NCBI GenBank assembly: GCA_000708835.1
Contig: DF237086.1
Span: 1 to 64,000, forward strand
Length of the DNA stretch: 64,000 nucleotides
Reading direction: 5' to 3'
Source: Klebsormidium nitens
Taxonomy: Eukaryota; Plantae; Klebsormidiophyceae
Below, piece after piece: positions 35,301 to 47,700 of this stretch. Each line of letters starts with the position of its first letter. The first letter of the stretch is position 1. The notes under the pieces are model-generated. The model ran no database searches. It was not told the origin of the DNA and saw nothing but the letters and a program-made list of their open reading frames with translations. Made by a program: the position numbers and the translations under genes.

Positions 35301-38011
35301 ACCACTCTGAGAACCTGAGAGCCTTTTCATGAACCTTAACCCTTTGTTATTGCTAACCCTGCAGATCCAGCGGTTGGGCGGCGGCGGCACCGACTTCGCG
35401 GCCATGCTGCAGCACGTCGGCGTCGCGGCCACCGACTCCGGCATGGGCCAGGACTACGCGGTTTACCACTCGGTTTACGATAACTACGACTGGATGACCC
35501 GGTTCGGGGACCCGGGCTTCCACAAGCACGTGGCGTGCGCGCAGTTCTGGGGGCTGCTGGGGCTCAACGTTGCGGACGCGGACGTGCTGCCGTTCGATTT
35601 CCGGAGCTACGCGTCCGAACTGGAGGTGAGAATGCGCTCCGCTTTTTCTGAGAGTAGGTATGCGCTTGTTGCTATAGCGGCTCATGGTTGCGGACGTGGA
35701 CGTGCTGCCGTTTGATTTCCGGAGCTATGCGTCCGAATTGGAGGTGAGAATGCGCTCCGTCCGCTTTGAGAGCAGATATACGATCTGTGCTATGCGGCTC
35801 ACGGTTGCGGACGCGGGCGTGCACCCGTTCGATTTCCGGAGCTGTGCGTCCGAACTCAAGGTAAGAGTGCGCTCCGTCCCGCTTGAGAGGAGGTACGCGC
35901 TTTGTGCTAAAGCGGCTCACGGTTGCGGACGCGGACGTCCTGCCGTTCGTTTATGAGTTATGCGTCCGGACTGGGGATAAGATCTGCGCCCCGTACGTAG
36001 TGGAGGTGCGCTGCCTTCAGCTTGAGAAGGCGCCCTGTGTGAAGCGAAGACGATATGGTCGAAAGGAAGGTTATGCGGATTGCTCGCGCCTTTGGGATAC
36101 AGATCTCTGCCGTCGTCTATACTGGATTCTGCACTTAAGCTGCTCGAACCAGAGTACATGCTTGCTGCTGTGGATTATACTAATGAAGGTGCTGGAGGTG
36201 TTGCAGGAACTCTGGACCATCTTGCTTACACGGCAGCTAGTCTGTTCCCAATGCTCAAACACATGACAATGCTGCCTCGTCTCTTCCCGTCCTCTCTTTT
36301 CCTCCTGGGCGCGGAATTTATTCGCGACTGCCTCGGTCATAGTCGGGCATTGGCGTTTATGGTTTTAAAGCACCACCCCGGGTATAACTCGAGGCAAACC
36401 GGCTGGCATTCGCGCCAACGGCCAACGGAATTCAAATTTCGGTCCGAAGGCGCTCGCTTCCAAGTCATGCATTTTTGACCTTATAGATCCAAAAAACTGA
36501 AGCATTACTCCATGGTTTTCGGCGGTTTTGCTTTCTAAAGCTCTCTTTCAGTAGTTCCAGCAAGGCCAGATCGAAACCGCCGCTCAATTCGTGAAGAAAC
36601 GGCCTGTTTTAATGTAGGAAAGGTACCCCCTTGTATGTGTGCGTCCAGTGTGCGCCCGTCGCGAATATCAAGTTGCGAACTTGATTATGAGCATTCCTGG
36701 TAACCAGGAGTACTTATACCTTGGGTGGTGGTTTAAATCAGCGTTCGACGGTATTGTCATTTCTTCGGGACACCTTTGACCGCAAACAGCAGCTGTTCCC
36801 TACAATCGACGCGTCGCAAAGCAGACTTCGTAGAGTTGTGTCTTCTGCATGGTATTCACTTTTTCCTTCTGCCGACCGCAGAAGTATGGCGGCCAAGTCG
36901 ACGAGGCGCTCTCAGAGAACGGGGCCCCTCCGTCCGTCTCCTCCGCGCCAATCTACAACGCGGTCGCCCTTTTCCAGCGCACGGCAGACTCGGTGCACTC
37001 AACCCCAGAGGCGCTCAGCGGCGACCTGTCGCGGTTGGGCCCAGGCGCGGGGCAGCGGCAGCGGGTACTGAACGACCGGTTGATGCTCACCGAGCGCGCG
37101 TTTCTGGAGGGGGAGGGTTTGCGAGGTCGGCCTTGGTATAAGCACCTGGTGAGCACCGTTACCCCGCTCTTAACCAACCTCTTAACCCTGATTTTTGGCG
37201 GGGAACACCAAAATTTTCGGTTGTAAAATTTGGTTTATCCTGGAAGTTTACGCACTAAATGGATAGTTTGGGCCAAGGTTTTGGCCCTTGTGCGCCACTT
37301 CTGGTGACCCCCTCAGGACACTAATTCAACTGTTTACTCAGTCAAGTTGCAAAGAACTGCTGCAGAACATTGCAGTCTACGCGCAAAGACGTGCTTTTGG
37401 ACTATGAGGGGCTTCGGTTGCGCCACATCGTGGGTGGTGGGTCGCTTCCAGGCTGCCATAACATTCGACTATCGTTCATCCGAAAAAGCCGGTCCTTAGT
37501 TCAGTGTCTCTTTGGAGGGTGTCCATTGCTCGGATCATTCGTGCGTGCAAAGCTTTTCCAAAGAGTTTTGTTTCTTCTCTTCCTTTTCTCTTATGAGTTA
37601 CTTCGTCCTCCGCTGATAGGGCTGTGCGGTCGGCTCGAGAATTTTGTAACATATACAAGACACCTGGATGAATCTGAGAGTCACCTTGAAACTAGCCGCC
37701 CTTTTGTTCGAATACCCATTCAAGCAAACGTCTTGGGACTTCCAATGGACCCTTGCACTCCCCAAACTTGACTCTCCGCTGTAGTTGGTAGTCCTCCCCG
37801 ATCTCTAAGGCGATCTTGACCGCAGGTATATGGGCCGCCACGAGACAACAACTACGGCACTCTGGCCTTTCCGGGGATCCAGGACGCTGTCGCGGACGCG
37901 AAGAAGGCGGGGGGCACCGATGAGTCGTGGGCCGTCGTGCAGCACGAGATCTACCGTGTGGCTCGTGCCATTGTGCGTGCGTCGAAGGTCTTGCAAGGAA
38001 GCCTAACATGA
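29357..38011 (+). CDS. AMP1: Glutamate carboxypeptidase II, M28 family (AMP1/LAMP1-like), type II membrane protein
   Basis: Exons 29357-29739, 30221-30432, 30950-31083, 31547-31672, 32686-32821, 33243-33432, 33934-34015, 34523-34825, 35365-35625, 36882-37148, 37826-38011. N-terminal TM segment [17 protein letters not shown]; PA domain [22 protein letters not shown]; metal and catalytic motifs [34 protein letters not shown]; dimerisation-domain [26 protein letters not shown]1 versus LAMP1 orthology cannot be resolved here. Confidence 0.93.
32303..32420 (+). mobile_element. G-rich interspersed repeat, copy 3 (AMP1 intron 4)
   Basis: CTGGGACGGGTAGGGTTACTTTGGAGGTTAGGGTGGGTAAGGGTGCGGAGCA. Confidence 0.6.
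33528..33598 (+). repeat. Intronic echo of AMP1 exon 6 3' end plus donor
   Basis: TGGCGGCCATTCACAATGTGGTGGGAGTCATAGAGGGCGC..GACAG|GTGCGG versus exon 33378-33448; offset 150 bp. Confidence 0.85.
33786..33926 (+). repeat. Degenerate tandem triplication (about 52-bp period) just before the AMP1 exon 7 acceptor
   Basis: GAACCTCA..GA(A)CGG.TGT occurs three times. Confidence 0.65.
35163..35296 (+). repeat. Two intronic echoes of the AMP1 exon 9 acceptor and exon start
   Basis: CCTGCAG|AT(T/C)CAGCGG with AG ending at 35170 and 35248 versus real 35364. Copy 1 keeps TTGGGCGGCGGC; copy 2 keeps GCCATGCTGCA..ACGTCGGCGT. Confidence 0.85.
35569..35975 (+). repeat. Tandem array (117-118-bp unit x about 3.5) built from AMP1 exon 9 3' end plus donor
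   Basis: GTTGCGGACG.GG.CGT..TGCCGTT.GATTTCCGGAGCT..GCGTCCGAA.T..AG|GT(G/A)AGA.TGCGCTCCG starts at 35569 (real exon), 35687, 35804 and 35922. Confidence 0.9.
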
Positions 38012-38785
38012 GGTTCAAACATTCGAATGGTGTACATTATGTACTCGGCAACTTGAATACTCGAGTCGATCGGCATTGACGCGCTCGGACCTGCAAATGG
38101 CAAGCTGGAACTACTACTTACATCATGCTATGATATCCACTTTTGAACTGACTTAATTAGTGCCTACAAGGCTGTACAAGCTTGCATTCCCGCAAAAGTA
38201 GTTAGCATCTAGTGGCGGCACGACTTTGTATGGAGACCATTCGGCATTTGGATCGAGAGCATGCCGATGTCTCAATGTGCGAGGATATCCTGACTTGTCA
38301 CACGGAACATCTTCCCACCGAATTGCATGCCGAATTGAACCATTTTGTGAAGATTCATGATACTTAACCTGTGCACCGTGCGGTCAGTGCGGCCGTGCCT
38401 ACTGCAGGCATATACACTTCGAGCCATGCATTTCAATGCCTTGCCTTCCTGCATGCATATGACTCGGACTCATGAGCTAGTTAGCTAACGCGGCAAGCCC
38501 GCGGCCGCGACTGGGCAGCGGCGGCCGGCTTCAGCCTGACGCGCGGCCGCATCACCCCAAGTGAGCGCGCACGCTCGCGAGCCTCGGAATATGGCTGAAA
38601 TAGGTAGCCTAGACTGGGCAAATTGAAACAGGAACACGTCAAAATCAAAAGCTTCTGAAGCCCAAGGAGAGCTCCTGGCAGCAGCAAAGCGACGCCCGAG
38701 CGGCTGAAATCAGTAATATCGGAAAAGTGGTACGTGCCTGAAGCCTGAGATTACAACAAAGGCCGTGCTTGAGCTGCTCGAAAAG

Positions 38786-41700
38786 ATGGCTGATGCTCTG
38801 GTAGAAGATTTCATCACAAAGTTGAAAAGGAGGTGAGGCAACGCTTCCACAGTGTGGGGTCCATTCACAAAGATTGGTGGTGCTTCCTTTTTTGCGCTGC
38901 TTCGTTATGATGCACTTTAAAAATTTGTTCTAGATCCCAAGGTTCGCATCAGCATCATGGCGTTTGATGTATTTTGTCATAGCATACACGATCTTGACAG
39001 AGGTGACACAGCGTGACACCCCGTCATCGTCGATTAGCAATGGATATCCACAGTTATTGCAACACCATGGGTTTTACATTATCTGCGAGGTTTCTTTGCC
39101 CTTCCTGATAACATTCAGACTTTTCTATCAAACTTGTGTCAGTACACAGATAGCCACCCAATTTCGCAACGGCATTGGCCGTACTTACTTTACCACCATC
39201 ATCAGTTTTCCAAGATTGGATGGCCTTCAGTTTTTGGATCGTCGTTGAGCAGGGGGAGGCGGCAGGATGTAATCAGATAATCTGCATTTGTTGGGCAACA
39301 GTGGGCTCCATACCGCTCGTAGTTTACTCGCTTGCTTTAAGTTCTCTCTCAGACCTTCCTGCCTGAGATAGAAAAGCCTGTTCAAGTTGTGGGTCACCTC
39401 TTTCCGCTTGTCAACACCTTTTGTAGCTGTTCTTTGTGAGCTCCGCGCAAGGCCACCAGTTCTGCTCTTCACTGCTGGATTCACTACTTGGACTTGCAAA
39501 GACAGAAATAAGCAATGCAAAGAAAGTTCCGAAGCTTGCAATTTTTGATTTGCAAGTTCTAAACAGAGGACACAATCTTGGGAATGCACAGGCCTGGCAG
39601 TCGATCGTGCTGATGTCTCCAATGTGAATCATTTTCTTTGGGTTTACGGCTGAGGCGGGGACACTTCGGAACCTACATCACTATGCATAACACTCCGGCT
39701 CTTCTGCAGACAAGTGGAGGGATCCCTCGTGACAGCGCGCAAGACGGCGCTCGTGCTGCGCCAGGTCATCGCAGCGGAGCGGAAGCCAGCGCCGTACCAG
39801 GCCAGCCAGCTCATTGAGCTCGTAAAGAACTATGGCCGCAAGCTGATCGCTGCAAACCCGACAGGTGAGGGGGGCAGGGCACGGGCACTTAGCAGTTTAT
39901 TTTTGCTCTCCCGTTTGATCTTGCTTTCGTCCTTTCCATGTCAAATTGTTGTTCAACATCAGAGAGTACTGAGTCTGCATTCTCAGCACTGCACAGGTTG
40001 GATGGCAGGCAGGCCACTCTCAGCAGCTGGGTTTGAACGTCGAGAAAGGCAATCGGGATCAGTTGCCTCTTTCTGGTCTCGTCTTTATTCTCGCTCATTG
40101 GTGTCTCCCAACGGCTTGAGGCTTGCTTGTACTGAGGCACGGCGTTTCAAGCCGCTTGATTCAATCTTCCACCGCGCGCCAAGCGGGTCCGCACATTCGT
40201 TGCGTCAATGTACTTCTCTCAGGATTTCGGCAGACCCACTTTAAACCCCACTCTCAATTGAACAAAAGTGAGAGCACACACACGAGCGTCAGGATTCTTG
40301 CTTTGAAGCTTGTTGTCGAGAAGCTTACTCAGGTCGAAACTCGTGGATGACCAAAGCGAGCAATGTGAGCTGGTCAGAGATTGTTCGACGACCCAATCCA
40401 AAATTAAATCGGGCAACTAGAACGTGCAAGAATAGTATTGACGGTTCAACTTAGATATCTACCCGTTTCACTATTAAGAGCTGCAAACCGAAACCAATTC
40501 TTTTGCAGAGCTGGCCATTGGCAACATCGTCCGACGAGTCCTGCACATCATCCGGGAAGAGGACGTCACTTCTGCGTCACATTCTGCGGCCAACACAGAA
40601 GATGACGTGGAAAGGGCAGGGCCGGCGGGGGGAGGGATTGCGGCGTCGACGGGAAACAGAACGGCACTGCTAGCACCGGCACTTAAAAACCTGCTAGAAC
40701 CTACCCCACAGCTACAAAAACCCGGGTCGGATTCGGGGTCAGTGGCGGAGTCGGAGTCAAAGCGACAAGAAAAACCAAGTGAGTTGAAAGAAGTTTTATA
40801 TGATGGTTCGACACGTATTTCTGGAATGCGAGAGGGGTTCTGCTTTTGTCTTTAGTGCTGACGGATCGAATCTCCAAACTTGCAAAAGTGGAAGACGAAC
40901 ACGTCTGATGTTTCAGTTTTTCTTTCTGAATCACCTGGCCTAATCTTTGCTTAGCGGCCTTTCTGGACAGCCGGACCCATCAGAAGTTGACGAACCTCTT
41001 TGAAGACACTGGCAATCCGCCAAAAAAGGTACACGCTGTGATCAGTGGCGAGAGCCTATCTTGGTTGATGAGCGTACAGTTTGGAAGGAGGTCATCTCAA
41101 TGCGGAGGCCTTTGTCACTTGAAGAAGATTTCTTCTCGCGTCAACAAGCTTGGTATCCCCTTCGAATTCACGAGCGTGCAAGCGGGCGGCTGGAATCTTT
41201 ATGCCCGTCCTTCATTTGCGCCGTCCGCGAGAAGAGCGCTTTGTTGACGTTTCATTGCCCCTGGCAATTCGTTCTTCCGGTGAAGCACCTTTCTTATTCC
41301 ACGGAGTTGGAACGCGTCAGCTAGCGGCTACAGCACAGCGGGCTCTGCACATCCTCGGAGGAAGGGGCTCTTGAATTCAAAAAAAAAACCGACCAGCCAT
41401 TGTTTCTTTTGTGAGCCAAAAAGGCGTTTTTGTTTGCGCAGAGTCCCACACCATGCGCGCTGGACCTTACTAACATTTGACAAAGAGCTTCCGTAGATGA
41501 AATGTTAGCTTCTTTCCGAAGCGGAAAGCCGATTTCTCCCTGTGCAGAGTCGGATCGTGCGAGCTGGCGGCTGAAGCACAACGAATTCCATTCAACGTTT
41601 GAGAGGGGCTCCTAGACAAAAAAAGACAATGGGGTTATTTTCTTTTTGTGGCAGAAGAAATTAAAAGACAATTGGGCTTATTTTCTTCTTGTGGCAGAAG

Positions 41701-44700
41701 AGAGTTTTCGCTTGTGCAGAGTCGGATCGAGCGAGCTGGCGGCTGAAGCACAACGTGATCGAGGGCATCAATGAGCTGATCACGGAGGTGGAGAATTTCT
41801 CGTCGCTCATCGCGGAGCAGGCGCTAGAGCACATACACCAAAAGTGAGCGTTATGTCGAGCTGCTTTTGTATCTCTTCTTAACGGCCGTGCTTCAATATG
41901 ATTGCTCTTCTCGTGTGTTCCTGTTGAGAACATTCTTTCTGGTGCAAAGGAGCTAAGTGTTGGGCGCGACGGTGTCCGAAGGAAGCTTTGGAGCTCAAAC
42001 TAGGTTTCGCGGACTTGTCATCAATAGAAATGATAAGATCCCCCAGATTAGCAGGCCGCAGCTTTGCGCACGCCCATTCTGTCCCCAAGAGATCTACCTT
42101 TTGTTCTTCGTTGTCCCCTACGGTTTTCCCCTTGGTGTCATTTTGAAGCGACTTGCTGTGACCCCGTTTGGAAGATTTCCCTCTTAACCAAGAGGTTCCA
42201 TCATTAACGCCGGGTTCGAAAGCGCAGTGACAGCGAGCGGTCTTCTCGAGGAATTTGGATCAAAGCAGCCACCCGAGAACTTGCAATCTGAAGCGAAAGA
42301 ATAGCACTCTCAATTAGAGTGCTGTAAATCCATCCGTGTCGTGTAAAGACGGGTCTCATGTTTCTGCGGAAGTGCTTTTTTGCTTCTTGCTCTTTTTGTT
42401 TCGTCTTGCAGTCTTGCAGTCAACCCACAAAGTGAGTTGAGCATCGCGCGTCCTTTGAAGCCTGGTCCTTTCGACTCAAGAGTCTCACGCTGTTTAGAGA
42501 TTCTTAATCTGTTGGGCCAAAGATTCGCTGGATGCCGACGAGCACGCTCAGACAATGATTGCTGCGCTGAGGCCCCGCAATGTATACTTTCTTCTAAAAG
42601 GCAAACCGTTCTTCTGTGTTGATCCACTAAAGAATGTAATCAGCAGTCGTGTGGACCATGATCGGCCCTGAGGCGCGGAAAACTGCCAATTAGTTCCCTG
42701 GGTGATGTTTCTGGGCGCATCTGCATCGTCGCGTCATTCGAGATTGTGCGCTGGCACTATGTATGACTTGCAACGTGTTCTGCTTGATGTTTCGCTAGTG
42801 CACAACAAAGGGCAGTGTGCTCGCGTTGGTCTTGAGGGCAGCAAATTGACACGGGCCTTGGAAAGGGAGGCTGTCTCTATCATCAGCACGTGCTGACGTT
42901 ATTCATATCTCAACGAGCGCGTTTGGAACACATTTCTACGAGGCAGTCATTCTGTCCCCTGAGCCAAGCGAGGATCTCAACGAGCTCGAGCACCATTCCT
43001 GATTCAAACCCTCTCGAGCATCCCTCTCTGTCCGCTGCAACGAAGATATAGAAAGACACTTTGGCTTCAGCGTCTCAGCTTATCGCTTGGGCGTGCACAT
43101 CCTCAAACCTTTGAAAAACGTCGGACAATCCGGCCAGCTCGTTTCGATCCTTTTTAACCTCTTTGATAAACGTCTACTGATCGGAATGCTCAATTGCTTG
43201 ATATCTTGTGCGAGCTACGTGCCTCGTGGCTTTTCCTTTTCTGAAGCAGTCTGTCAGACCTTTGCATGCTGTTTGAATCTGCTCTAAGGGTTAGCCCGAG
43301 CACCTCTTTGAGTGTGGGGAGGCTTCTCAATAGAGGCATACTTTCTGCCGTTTGACTGTTCAACCTGAGGGTTGATTGAATCTATTTGTGTTCAGCTGAG
43401 GACGCAACTGTGCTGTGTCGCTTTGGTAAACATGGCAAGAGCTGGTCTCCTAGGGGTCCTGCAGAGAATATCGTCGAAACGTAGCCTCTGAGTCGCCCAA
43501 ACTCAGTGGAACTCGCAGCATGGGGGCCTCACGCCGCGGCCCTTGTGGACCGACACTGTTTCCACCCACACCCGGCAAAGCTAGGCCCTTTCATGCTCGT
43601 ATCTGAAGGTGGTCAACTTGGCTATTTTGAACTGGTGTAATTATGTAAGGGCAAGGACGAGGCATTCTCTGGGACACGGCCCCATCGTAGGTCGAAGTGT
43701 GGAGCCCGTCAAATTTTGTGCATCCTCATCCTGATCATGTTTTGTCCTGATGGGTTTTTACCGTGGGTTTTGTTTGTCCTGGTCGACATCAAGAGCAGAA
43801 CGGAGAGCCCGTCAAATTTGGTCTGCACCTCTGTTGGTGCGATCAAAGACAAGAGGTGCCTGAAGGGGAGCCGACTTTGAGTTTTGTCATGGCGGTTCTA
43901 TGTTCGTCGTCTTTTTCTGGGGCAAGGATCTTCCGTTTGTTGAGAGCAAGTTCGGCGATCGGAGTGATAATGGGTGAAGCCTCGCCGTGCAATGAACCGT
44001 CAGCTTCAAGGAGCAATTTTTTCCTTCTGATCTGTTGAAAGCATTGGCAGTCAACCTGCAACTAGATTAAGACGAACATCCCATTTTAAGCTCATCGGTA
44101 GATGCGACGTGATTGTCTAGTGAGCTGACACGTGTTCGATGGAAAAGCACGTGTCCTTGGCGCTGCGCATCCGGAGCTTTGGCGGTTTTCGCTCTTCGCA
44201 AGCGAACGGCCTGGTTGCTTAAGTTCTCGCAAGACCCTTCCGCAAGCTTTGCTAATCGACATCGACCCCTTCAACACTTTGCAAGCTGGCTTCCTTTCGT
44301 TTCAGTCCTGCGCTTTCTTTCTCGTTTCCATGTACCAGAATCCTCTTGCTGTGTTTTTTGGGATTTCAAGCTTGTAGCAGCTTTGAGTCTGCTTTCCTGT
44401 CGCTAGCCCTGGCTCTGTGACCGGGTGGGCTTATTGGGCTCGAGCAGCTTGCCTGCTCGATCAGTGCCGTCTTCTTTGTATACCAAGGGAAAAGTCGTGC
44501 CGTCGCAATCCCAAGATTATTCGAAAAAGAAAGAAATTCCCAGCGGCTGACTGTATGTTCCACTGCTAGTCGATTCCCTTTGGATGGCTGACTTTGTGCG
44601 AAGAATTAGAATCGTTTCCCTCGCTTCGGGTTGATTCCCCTTCGTCGAGAAGCTTGGATGCATGATCAATACGCTGGCAAGTCAAACGCCTACATACGTA

Positions 44701-47700
44701 GGGATCAACCATACCTCCGCTCTGACGAGAGTCCTTCTTCAGTCTCTAGGAATTTTCTACGCAAGGGCAAGGATGGGGCGGGTGTTGAGAATCGGCCTCT
44801 CAAGCTTGCCAAAAGACTCCTGAAGCTTTTCAGGCCCTAAGTCCGAAGATTATCTGGACTTTTCTCTGTAAGCGAGGAGCTTTCATGAATGGCTTAAGTA
44901 CTTTGCTCCTAGAACTTCTCTAATGAGATCCACACCGGATACTCCTCCGCTAACCTGCATTGGGAAAGTCGCAACATCTTTCCAGGTTTATTTTCGAGGC
45001 ATGTTGCTGCTCAAATGTGCCCTCCTGTTCCCTGTTGGTGCTTTGCAGGTTTTTGCTTTTCAGAACCCGCTGGTTGTCTTTCTCGAACGGGCAAAGGTTT
45101 TCACGAGCATGGGATGTAAACCCATTCCATTTTGCACACGACTGTTGACCGTGAGGCCCTAGCATCAAATAAGCTCGTTCCGTGACTGATTTGCGTTTCG
45201 AAAGCGACAGCAGGGCTCAGTCCAGCGCTGTCCATCAAGAGGCATTTCTCATGGTCTTGTCCCAGTTGTGGCTGGACCCATCTTTCGTTTGCATGTTTTC
45301 TGCTTGACCGAGATTTCACTCAAGCCTCTGCTTGTCTTTGGTGCAGAGTCGTGCCACACCTAGTTGAACCGAATAATCGCTCTAGTCATGTTCCAAACCG
45401 AGCGAGATCCCCCTGAGCAAACTTGAAAAGATGCTCGCTTTTTGTTCGCAGTATTTTTGCCTTTATACCTCAAGCAGGCTCTTTCCTTCACAGTCTGGAC
45501 GTTTAGCAGTCCTTGCACTGACAAGGAGGGCAACGATGCAACATGAGCTATCGGCTCATAGAACCGTTTGACCTTCTGAAGCCCCGCCATGTTGGTGCGT
45601 TCAGGGCTTTCGCCTTGTGGCATTCCATCGTGGAATACCGGAATATGAGGCTTGCGCCGAGAGTTGCTTAGCCCACCTGGCTGCAAGCAAGCAAAGGGGT
45701 CATGAGTTTGCAAGGCTCTGATCTTGCTTGCCTTCAGTAAAAGCAGAGCAATGATGTTTTTTGGGGGGAGAGAGCAGCATTCTTTTACCACCTGAGCCAA
45801 CTGGTTTCATTGCTGCCGACTTATTTGCTCACAATGCTGAAAAGCTAGTCTTGGTGCCTCCTTTCTTTAGCACGAGCAAGGAAAGCGATGCTTGCTTTCT
45901 GATCTCCTTCTTCTACGTTATAGCTGCTCGTATGTACCGCCACTTATCCGCCAATTGCATGCAAAGGATCGGGCCAGGATGCTCACAGGTTTGGGATGAG
46001 GTCCCAACGTGATTTCTTCTTTCATTAGAACGAAGCCCTGGCAGCCACACAACAAGTCTCAGCTGTCTGGCTTTCTGTTTTCTGCATTCGTGGTTGAGTT
46101 GCTCAAAGTGCTGTTCGCTCCCTTTGCGATTGCACCTTAAATTTGGACTTAGAAAAACTAAAACCTTCTTCCACAAGTGCGAGAGTTGCCCAGAACAGCA
46201 TTCCAATCAGTTGCGATTTGGTTGACTTAACTTTGTCACCCACACAAAAGTTAATCCCGAAATGCGCGGGCTAGTCCTTAAGGCCAGAAAGCCAGTCATC
46301 AACGCCCTTTGCACCATTAAGATTCACGATTTGACGCCCCTCTCTTTGGCGTGCAGGATCTCGCAGCTCTGCCAACATATTAATCGGCTTTTAAGTTTGA
46401 AAATGCAAAGCTTCGAGGTCTGACCAACTTTTTTTGGGTTTTGTTGCAGCGAGGTCATCTTAACCATGGGCCGATCTAAGACGCTGCTCAACTTTCTAAG
46501 CGAGGCCAAGAAGAAGCGGTCCTTCCAGGCGGTGGTTGCTGAGGGGGCGCCTAGGTAAGCGCTCCGGTCAGCAAGGCTTGACGAAACGGAACGCTGGTAT
46601 GCAAAATCTGCTTTTACTTCTTGTAAGACAATCTCATGCTAGTTTTGTCGACACCGTTCAGGGTCGATGCTGCAGTGTCTGCAACGCGTCTTCCTTCCAA
46701 TCGTACGGCGTATCCGGACCCCATCTCTTTATCCAATCTGGTTAACAAGCGCCGGAAAGCTTGGTGCTTGGAGTCCCTCAGAGCAGGGAAGTGGCTAGAC
46801 TGCTCACGATTACATTCTGAAAATCTTGACGGCAAACCGGAAATGGGCTACGATTTCGCCGCTTAAGAACCAGATGACCAGCCGGCAAGGTCCTTCCCAC
46901 AGCAAATCGGCAAATCGCTCAACAGGGCGTTAACGTTTTTTCGTTCGGCGTTGCTTCCTGCTGCCAGAAGTATTTGTGACAAGCTGCTGGCCTGCAGACC
47001 TTCTCGTGATAAGCTGCTGGCGTCTCCTTGTGCAGGTACGACGGGCATCTACTGGCCAAGGAGCTCGCGGTTCTGGGCGTGCAAACGACGGCGATCACGG
47101 ACGCGGCGGTGTTTGCCATGATGGCGCGGGTCAACATGGTACGTGTCCGTTGACATCACAAAGTCCGTCACAGAACTACCGTTGAAACAGCTTTACCCGT
47201 TGGGTGACGTGTGCGGGTTACGTACTGTCTGACCTGTCGGGGGTTTGGACACCATTTTGGAGCCTGAATTAAGGCGCTTCATCAAACGTTTCGAAGGAAC
47301 GGACATTTTGGTGATGAGCCGAGCAGCCTCTCCTAACCGTCGTTTTGGGATCACACTAAGGTGTGCCGGTCGGTCTATTGCAGCACATCTGGTTTGAGGT
47401 CCACCTGCCTTCATGCAAACGCTTCCGCTTCAATCGCACTCACCAGATTGCAATCTCAATACCTGCAAGAAGGGGTTTTCTGCACTGCACTCACGAGACT
47501 GCGTCATCATGACGTTCAAAAGCAAATCTTTCAAGAAATCTGACGTCAGGTCACAGTCTGACGTCTTGACCTACTGCTCCGCTTTGCCGTGTACCGAGTT
47601 GTCGTCAATGCACTTCACGTCTTTGTTCGTTTTTGCAGGTTGTGGTGGGCGCCCATGCGGTGATGGCCAACGGCGGCGTGCTGGCCCCTGTGGGACTGCA

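Noticed and set aside
35569-35975. CRISPR-like appearance of regularly spaced repeats (also 23634-23780)
   Set aside because: Eukaryotic intron; whole units including the would-be spacers are homologous, repeat length is wrong and there are no cas genes.
45360-45800. 146-aa minus-strand ORF in the long eIF2B-beta intron as a LINE/RT fragment
   Set aside because: No RT (YxDD), endonuclease, integrase or transposase motif visible.
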